A stretch of DNA of 59,790 nucleotides, the filler included, from Platydemus manokwari (lineage: Eukaryota): assembly GCA_037951405.1 (NCBI GenBank). It is 6 parts of 6 records of this genome, joined end to end, with 100 filler letters (N's around TTAATTAATTAA, not from the genome) between each part and the next. Parts side by side here need not be neighbours in the genome. Positions count along the whole stretch, not along the records: positions 48,283 to 59,790 come from JBBMOY010638878.1; 5 more parts are not named here. The stretch is one strand, 5' to 3'. Shown piece after piece: positions 51,201 through 59,790 of the stretch (within the stretch, counting starts at the first letter, position 1; the number at the start of each line of letters is the position of its first letter). The position numbers and the translations under genes were made by a program. Under the pieces are notes generated by a model, which saw only the letters and a program-made list of their open reading frames with translations, was not told the origin of the DNA and did not search any database.

Positions 51201-53246
51201 TTGAAATTATGATAACAGACCAAAAGAAGACCACAACTATGATGTTCTTCGACAGATAATTGTTTGTAAGAATAACAATTTAAACAAATTGAACAAAGCA
51301 CGCCTTTTCAACAAAACAAACAAGGGACATTTTTAAACAAAGCAAGCACAAGGAAAACAAAGCCCAAAAAATCAACAGAGACATTAAAAAAATTAAAATA
51401 AAAACATAACCAATAGTAATCTTACCTTGAAATTAAAAAACAAATGCACAAACAAAGCCGTGCTTTGTTCTAAATACTATATATACAACTGTTTCTCTCA
51501 ACTGCGACATTACAGCGCTAGCAATTAACAGTCCGCTTAATTTGATAGCAGCTAATTTCAGACTTCGACATAATGAGTAATACTATGTTCTCAATTATAA
51601 TTAAGAGCATTATTGTTACTTCTGCAATCCCATCACGGGCTTGTCAGTTCGCATAACATCCTACTCTTTCTTATCGTATTCTGGTCTGCGTTTGTGTCCG
51701 GGCTATTAGGCGGCACTAACAATACCCGTTACCTTCAGGTATAAGGGACGAACCTTGTTTTCTACAACCTCTGTTAATTAATTAGTATATATATATATAT
51801 ATATAATTCTTCCTTTAAAAGTGATAACATTTCAACAGAATTCCTCCAATATCCTATACATCGTTTTTCCATTTTCACAGTAATGTCGTTTCTTGACACA
51901 ATACTATGTTTAAAGTGCTTAAACAAGGGTTCCAAGGTGAAAATCTGTCTTTCTTTTCCAAATAAATTATATCAAATGGTTAGAAAACTTGTGCGATATT
52001 TACAAAGGCGCTCTTTGACTATAATAATATTTTTAAAAAATAACATCAATAAAACAACACTACAGTCAAAACTTTACAGTCTAAAAAGCAAACACTGTAA
52101 GAAATAAAACGGGATTATTAACAAGACATTGAAATTAAAAACTTTCTAACATTATATATGAACAACAATACACAGTATACTTCTAAGTACCGTTAATAAA
52201 AACATATCAAAACAAAATCCACTCCACTTTAATTAAAAATCAATAAAACACAATGTGTTCCAACAAAGCAATTAAAATTACATTTTACTTCGAAATAATT
52301 AAAAAAACATTTGGTAAATGTGTTGTCACATGACCAAAATAATAATTTAAATCATGTAATTATTAAATTTATGTAACCAAAGAAATAAAAATTCATATGT
52401 TCATGCATGAAATGTTTAATAATCAACACATAATTAATCAAAGTAATTATTCCATACTGATTGAATAAATATTACTTTAAACATTTTTATTATATACCTA
52501 TATAACTCAAATATACACGATCCTACGCTTAGGTACTCTGACGATTGTTTAACCATATATCTACCCTCGTCGAATTTCGCTTTTCAATGTTAATTAAAGA
52601 TCGATTGATGAGATTTATATTTCAAAAGTTTATAATGGTTATTCACATTTAAATCAAGATTCTTTTCGTCTTAATGGTTTCTAATGATATTTTTCTGGCA
52701 ATGTGATATCTTTCTTTGTTATTATTTTTAAATGTTATTACGTCATAAAACAGCTCAAAGAGCTGCAGTAACGTGCTAGAATAATCTACTGTAAAATGCT
52801 ACTATTCAGTACATCTTGAACAACACTGATTAACATAATTTATAATTTTATATAATTTATAAAAACTATTTTAACTAAAACGCATTATAATTTTTATCTA
52901 ATAAACTGGTTTTGCCAAATTATATATCAAATTGTAAATAATTAAATGAGGCACCTTGTGGATAATACATGTAATAGTAATGTACTCTGAGATATTTTAT
53001 ATGAATCAAATTTCAATTTAATTCAAAACAATTTTAATTCACATTTAATTCAAATTTTATTCAGATTTAATTTTAATTTTATAAAAGATCAAAATAATGT
53101 AAAATTAGAATTTTTTGTTTAAATATTTGAACTTAAAATAGATTAATTGTGTCTAGACTTTTATTAATTTATTTTGGTGTATGGTTTTTTAAATAGTACC
53201 TAATATATTCAAAGGTGCCATTGGCATTGTTTTTGCAATTTTACAA

Positions 53247-53292
53247 ATATGATAGTTGTCTATATATATATATATAGACATAACTATCATAT
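53247..53292. repeat. Near-perfect palindrome centred on (TA)8
   Basis: ATATGATAGTTGTC-(TA)8-GACATAACTATCATAT. The arms are complementary except for a 2-nt bulge. Confidence 0.85.
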
Positions 53293-56056
53293 AAAAAATT
53301 CGAGTCGCTTAGATAGATTCCCAATTGTTATCAAATCAAATACGATTTCATGAACAACTGGTTACAAAACTAAGTTCGCATAGCTGTTCATCGTAACTTT
53401 ATTTTTAAAATGTTTTATAATATATTATTGTGATTAGACGAAAACTCCCGTTTCAAATCAGAAATCAACTTAATGTTCCATGGTTTATTCAAGAAATAGA
53501 TAAAAATGTCTTTGTTAATAATAAATTTTTCTAGATTTGTTAGAAAATCAGCGAAGTTACCTCTTACGAGTTTGTCAGTAATATAGAAATCATAATAAGA
53601 GCATGCACAACAATCCAAGGACAATGAAATAAGCAAATACAACTCCATAGCGTAAGAATGATAGACAATCTACAAATGGTACAACAAATGATTGTACAAA
53701 TTTTATAGAGCTTTTATTTTAATTGAATTGCCTATGTTTTGTCATTCTTAACTGTATTTATCATCTGATTCAATCTTGATAATTCTAAAAAATCTTTACT
53801 TATTGGAAAGATCTAAATACAAATAACCCTTTAGAGTGGTGATTTGTTAAGATGGATAAACATCAACGCATGATAAACACCAATGGCAAAAACTATAAAC
53901 ACAAAAAGTTATTGTAGCACAACTTACTAATAGTATCAAGTCGGGCGGTGAGGCTAGTTAGTTAAAATAATCGCCAATGGATCACCCAAATTTATACAAA
54001 TAATCATCGGTTATAGGTGAGTAAAACTTAATTATGACACTGATCAATTTAATCTATTGAATTATTTCTGCCAGACGTTATATTATATTGAGCAAGTAAA
54101 TATCAATGTCAATAATCAGTTGTCATAGTTAAAGTATATAGATATTTAGCAGTTCATAAAAAAGTTCTATTAGATTCCAGGAGCAATTTTCCAATAATAT
54201 TGCCTTCTGTAATCAGTGTAAAATCAAATCAATACAAAACAAAAATCCTATATTATAATAAAGTAATTGTGATAATAGTATAATATAAAATAATAAGTTC
54301 AAACAAGAGAAACGAGTAGAATAAGTAAAATAAAATGCTTTAAATTTATGAAAAATTGGAATATATTCTCAAATCTGAAAGAATAAAATAGCATTTACTT
54401 TTAAGATAAAAGAATAAAAAATAAGATAAGAGCTGAATAAAAACAAAGCAAAAATAAGAACAAAAAGGAGCAAAAATTCTGACTAAAAATTTAAAAACAA
54501 CAAACTCTAAGAACTATAAAAGCACTATTAAAGCTACAAAAGAAAAATACTTGAAATGCTAAAATTAAAAATAGACTTCCGTAAATGACCAATTGTATGT
54601 ATCATTTTTTGATAAAAAATATTACAACGAATTTTAAATTCAACTAATGCAATTATTATTCTTTAGATATAAGCCTAGCCTCATTAGGATAGTCTTCCAA
54701 TATCTATATTCCAAAATCAAAAAACTTAAATGATAAATTATTTTCAATTCAGAGCCTATTCAAAACGGATAGGCATTCATTCCCTCCTTTTTTAATGTTA
54801 TAAAGTTTAATTCAAATTGCGTACAGTGCGAATAATTAATTAGTTGTAATTTTATTTAGTCTCTCTTCATTACTTATAAATCTTAAATAGTTTTATTCAG
54901 CGGCCTATAGAATAACAAAACGCACACCTCTTCTGTGAAATAGAATAACAGAATCATCAGAATATATTCTGAACAAACGAAGACAGACAGATTTAATAAA
55001 AATTGATGACAAATTTAAGATACTCGACCTAAAGCGATTATTTAATCCCAATTTTCAACGAAATAATACCATTTTTAATATATTTAATTCCGTTTAATTA
55101 TTTAAAAATTATTAATTATTAAAATCCCCAAGAGAATCGCAGACGTATACAGAGATAAAGTGACAAGAAAAAAATACGTATTGATAAAAAATAAGAATAC
55201 ACAAGAATTAATGAAAAAAATTGATGAAGCTCAAATATAAAGACACAGAAAAAATGAAAATAAGATACTAGTGAATGATGGAGACTACTCTACCATAATG
55301 TAAAAACACGTCAGTTACAATTATTGTCAGAAGGAAACAAATATGACACTTATCTTTCAACAATTCACAAATCTCGAATACTAATATTCTGGTGTAACAT
55401 TTATATACAACACAACTCTCTGAAAATGAAAAACCAACAATTTCCAAGAGTAAACAAATTTATTTACAGTCAAAGAATTTAATAGTGCATAATTTATAAA
55501 TCTTTTATCAAAAGTTATAACAAAAGAAATAATTATCATCTTAATTGATAATGTTTATAGGTACAAGCTGTTCTCAGTTAATAAAAACCCTCACCACGTA
55601 GAAAGGGGATTGAATTGTTTTATTTAATTATAAATGAACTTAATAAAAATATTTGGCTCTTAACTTTCCACTCAATGAAATTGCGCAGTTGTACAATTGC
55701 ATTATTTTAAGAATAATAATATTTATGCTAATTAATTTTTATATTTTAGTTAAGCGAGCCAGAAACAAAATATGCAAATCAAAATACAATGATAATCCAG
55801 GATGGAAAAAACTTAAAACTCCAAAATGTATCCGATGGATACATAATTAGTTTCAATATCCGTTACGGGCATTACCAACAGCAACGATTAAAGTCGAATT
55901 TCAACTAATTACACAATTTAAAAACTGCCTGATTCATATTTTATTAATATTTTACAAAAGTTAGCAAAAATTCATTATTTCATTGAGTATTTTAAATGAT
56001 CATTTTAAGTAGAAAATATATTCATATTAAAAACAAGTACATTTTGCATAGTAACA

Positions 56057-56229
56057 TTAATCAAAGTATTCTCCATCAGAAGCTATAACATTTGTCCATC
56101 TTTCAGGTAATTTCCTGATTCCATCTCTAAAGAAGTGTTTGTCTTTCGAAGCAATCCATATATCAAGCCAAATTTTGATACTTTCAGAAGAACCAAAGCG
56201 TTCCCCAGAAAGAGCTGACTGCATCGACC
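56057..56229 (-). pseudogene. Mariner transposase C-terminal fragment (Mos1/mauritiana-like)
   Basis: Stop-free RSMQSALSGERFGSSESIKIWLDIWIASKDKHFFRDGIRKLPERWTNVIASDGEYFD* resembles recalled Mos1 SMGHALAEQRFDSYESVKKWLDEWFAAKDDEFYWRGIHKLPERWEKCVASDGKYFE. Confidence 0.9.
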
Positions 56230-56283
56230 TAATATATATATTATTTGTTTAAATATTTCCGATGTAATAATTTTTTTAATTTC

Positions 56284-56345
56284 TAGTTCAATGAAAGAGT
56301 AGGACGCTTACATGGCAACCAGGCCATTGGATTCGATTCTGAGAA
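56284..56345 (+). mobile_element. Possible tRNA-derived SINE head
   Basis: A-box-like TAGTTCAATGA and B-box-like GGATTCGATTC at tRNA-like spacing. No intact cloverleaf. Confidence 0.25.
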
Positions 56346-57699
56346 GATCAATGTCAGAGAAGACGAATAATACAGAGTATAAATGGAGAACTTGAGGATA
56401 TAAAAGTCAAATAATTTTAAATGATCATTTTAAATAGAAAATATATTTAAATCACAAAAAAGATTAATATGACTTGCTTGAATATCTTGATTTTTTGGTT
56501 AAACTTCTTAAATCGTTTTCAATTCGTGTTTAATGAAATCGTTGAATCATCATTTTGTTTAAAAAATCTAATTACATTTAAAGATTTTTAAAATAAAAAA
56601 TTGATACTTAAATAAATATATTGGATTTATATGAAGTTATTGTTCTAGTGGTTTATAAATAAATTGTTAAAATTAAAAGAAAGTAAAAGTCCTATATATG
56701 TTCATACATATAAAGGATATTGAAAACCACTACACAAAAATTAGACAGTTACATAACAGTAATTCTGCCATTGAAATAATCAATAAAGCTCTTAAACAAG
56801 AATTATATTTAATGAAAAAAACAAAACTCTTTAACGATAATTTCATCTTTACAAATCAATTGTTAGTTCCACCATATCGCGACGCTCAACAACTACAAAT
56901 TTCTAGAGTTCACCGAGAAAGGCAACACAAAATTTTGATCGATATAGAGTAAGCTACTGATTTTTAAAATTTTCTGTATAAAGATAATTTTAATAAAATT
57001 TAATACAAGAATAGATTTACAAAAGCATAAATATTATAATAAGGTAATAAATATTATCACTAACATTATATTTAACTAATGTCTCCATTCATCCAAATAA
57101 CACAAGTATTCTTTGAATAGCTCTTGTTTTACAAAAGGTAATATAGAAATCAGTAAAGCCATAAGCAATCAATTATTAATAGACAAAAATAACAATTAAT
57201 TGTATAACATTCTATATCAATTAAGCGTTTATCGACACTTTATTACGTTATCTATTTAATTTACGAAATGATTATTCATTCAATTAGTTAGAGATCATAG
57301 CTTGAAACGGTATAAACCAATAATAAAATAAACCACACTCAAACAACCTATTATGTCGATTTATCCGAACTTAATCTATTGAGATGTAATATTATTAAAA
57401 AATAACGTTGACATAGGTTAATCATAAATATCTCACATTTATTTTATAGTATAAAGGGTGAAAACTAGTGAGAATTATGAAATTTGAACTAAAATCCAAA
57501 TTTCAGTACTACATAGCCAAGTGGAAAGCGATAGTGAATGTGAGTGAAATACCCATGGGTTCAAATATGATAAATATTAAATGACGGATTCAAAGTCGTA
57601 TACGACACTAATGAATTGAAAGATCTAATACATTTCGACTACGATTATGAAAGCCTCAATCAACAAACTAACACAATTTTCATACTAACATTAAATATT

Positions 57700-59560
57700 A
57701 AGACTAAGGTACAACTTAAGATTAATATTGATAATAATAAAACTAAATTCTCAAGAGCTCAATGCCTGCCTAAGCATCACTTATCGATCCATTGAAAATC
57801 TTGATCTCATTTCAATTAGTGAGGCCATTCCATACATCAAAGGCTGTGGTGATGAATCAAGAATCCGAATGGACATTTATATTGAAGATATCTCTAAGAA
57901 ACAAAATTATCCTGTTAACCTTAAATATCCGATTGCTAAGTAACAAAAGACTCGATAAAATAATCAAAACACTCCAAAATATGAAATACCGATAAAATCA
58001 CTAAAAGAAATTTCACAAGCCATTTACACACTTCTATAATCACTATAAAAGAAGAGCGATCTTTGTTGTAAATACGATTGTTACTCAGGCTTATTATTGC
58101 CGATATTTGTGTTTTTGAGAGATTATTTAATATAGTCGAGGTGGTCAGTATAAAGCTTTTATTTGCTGATGTTTGACTATCGAAAATGGTTCGGCTAGAT
58201 TTTCTCGATGGTTAAATGCATTAAAAGAACTTTAAAATAAATTTAATCAATAATAGTGTTAAAAAATTAATATTGATTTTTATTCATTTAAATTTATTTA
58301 CCTTTATTTTCTCAATTTAAAGTATTGAAGTTTTTAACACAATCGTTTAATTAACGCATACATTTATATATTTATAAATTTGTAAAAAACGTAAAATATT
58401 AGTGTCAATAATCACAAGCCAATCAAAACTCTAAATTCAATTCAAAACGGGTACAAATTAATTCAATAATTCTTTAAAAACTCGTGCCTTATACATGAGC
58501 ACTTTGGCTCACATAACTTATATATAAATGTTAGATTATATATAAATGGATTATTAGATTATATATAAATGGAAGCGCAGCACTGAAAATATTCTAGTAC
58601 AAATTTACTTACATTCCAATAATCAAAATTATAACAGGAAACCGTGGAACAAAATATGATCATTAATCATACATTCCATAACCGAAGAGGATCATTATTA
58701 AAATTCACATTAGAATTATATTTGGATTATATTAAGAAAATATCAAATGCAATAGCTAATATAGATAGAGAATTCAGAACAAAGGCATTATACTAAATGG
58801 CACAAAGTGCATGGAATCAAAGGAACAGAAGGTGCAACCGATGCAGTTGCACAGAAAAACATAGAAATATTGAGTAAACCCATATGGCTTTATTATATCA
58901 CTTCTATGTCCGTTACATCAATAGCGACATTAGCTATAGTAAAACCGTGTGGAGTACACCAACATTTCCATCAAAGGATCAGATTTTTTAGATAACAAAT
59001 GGATCGATATGAGCGAAATAGAGCCGTATAACAATTAAGCAATAACAGACTACTATTGGTGGCCGATATATTGGTCAAATTTCAAGTTCAATGACTCAAT
59101 TAACAGTTTACAAATATAGTTCAAAACATTAAAACCATTATCTAAGCTGTTCCACTTATCATTCTATACATAAATAAAGTTGATTATTAAAGAGTCAATA
59201 ATAACTAACTCCTTGCGTTAAAATAGACAAAAATTCTGTCCAAATTCCTGAAAACCTATTCTACAAACAAGGTTGGTTACTTCACCATGAAAGATGACAA
59301 AAATACAAAACCCAGAACAGGATACAAGAACTCTACGTGCACCTAGATTATGATAAACACCACCCACAATTGGATCCAAAAGTGTTGTACAATACATGGA
59401 TATGTTAGCTAATAAACCTCGATGAAATAAGCAAAAAATTCAGAACAAAATACTTTTTACAGACATCAACTTAACTTACGACAAATGGAAACATCATACA
59501 ATATCCGCCGCAATAACTAATTATCAAGGACCACTTTTGTTTAAGAATGAAATTATCCCT
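57700..59560 (+). mobile_element. Highly decayed LTR-retrotransposon (gypsy-like) gag/integrase remnants
   Basis: EAIPYIKGCGD (~57821, gag-like IPxFxG), AITDYYWWP (59039-59065, integrase Zn-finger region YWWP), TIHGY (~59390, cf. HGxP), QYPPQ (~59499, cf. YHPQ). Order is right but all are short and interrupted. Confidence 0.4.
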
Positions 59561-59790
59561 CCAGGAACTTGGGTCAAATAAAACAAACCTTGAAGGACAT
59601 GTCTACGAGACTATCGTAGTTGTCTTAATTCAACATTCGACAAGAAAATGATGTAAAGTTATTCAATAAATACATGTATTATTATTCATTTTTAAATAAT
59701 ATTAGCCAATAGAATCTCTCTAAAATAATATTTTTAAAAAGTTCCTGATAAAATAAAATCTTTATATTTTCAATTTAAGAACTAATCTTA

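Noticed and set aside
53935-53958. Helitron 3' end (GTCGGGCGGTGAGGCTAGT)
   Set aside because: CTAG-T is present but the subterminal hairpin has no 5' arm and no 5' TC end was identified.

Overview
Very AT-rich, intron-containing eukaryotic (animal) genomic DNA. Composition, short introns and transposon content would fit a flatworm such as a triclad planarian, but the taxon cannot be proven from the sequence. The window is six contigs of about 9-11.5 kb joined by five identical artificial 100-nt spacers (N44-TTAATTAATTAA-N44), so adjacency across spacers may not be real. Two host genes are recognisable once spliced by hand. One is the first two coding exons of a PRC1/MAP65/Ase1 spindle-midzone gene (8457-8854, +). 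The other is three exons of a divergent NOL4/NOL4L-like gene (22995-26901, +) whose integrase-type H2C2 zinc ligands appear mostly lost. The rest is transposon debris: a near full-length dead DD34D mariner with TIRs and TA TSD, two Buster-type hAT MITEs with perfect 8-bp TSDs, a Tc1/mariner MITE, a pogo-like end, a second (Mos1-like) mariner fragment, decayed Ty3/gypsy and RTE remnants, and a Polinton/adintovirus-type pPolB remnant beside an intact intronless orphan ORF. There are also micro/minisatellites and several hairpins. I found no CRISPR array, rRNA or intact tRNA, and no clearly complete novel multi-gene system. The best leads are the zinc-less NOL4-like domain, the Polinton-like fragment plus orphan ORF, a spliced transcript head-to-head with PRC1, and a degenerate minimal hammerhead-like motif. 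All homology calls rest on recalled family motifs, not database searches.
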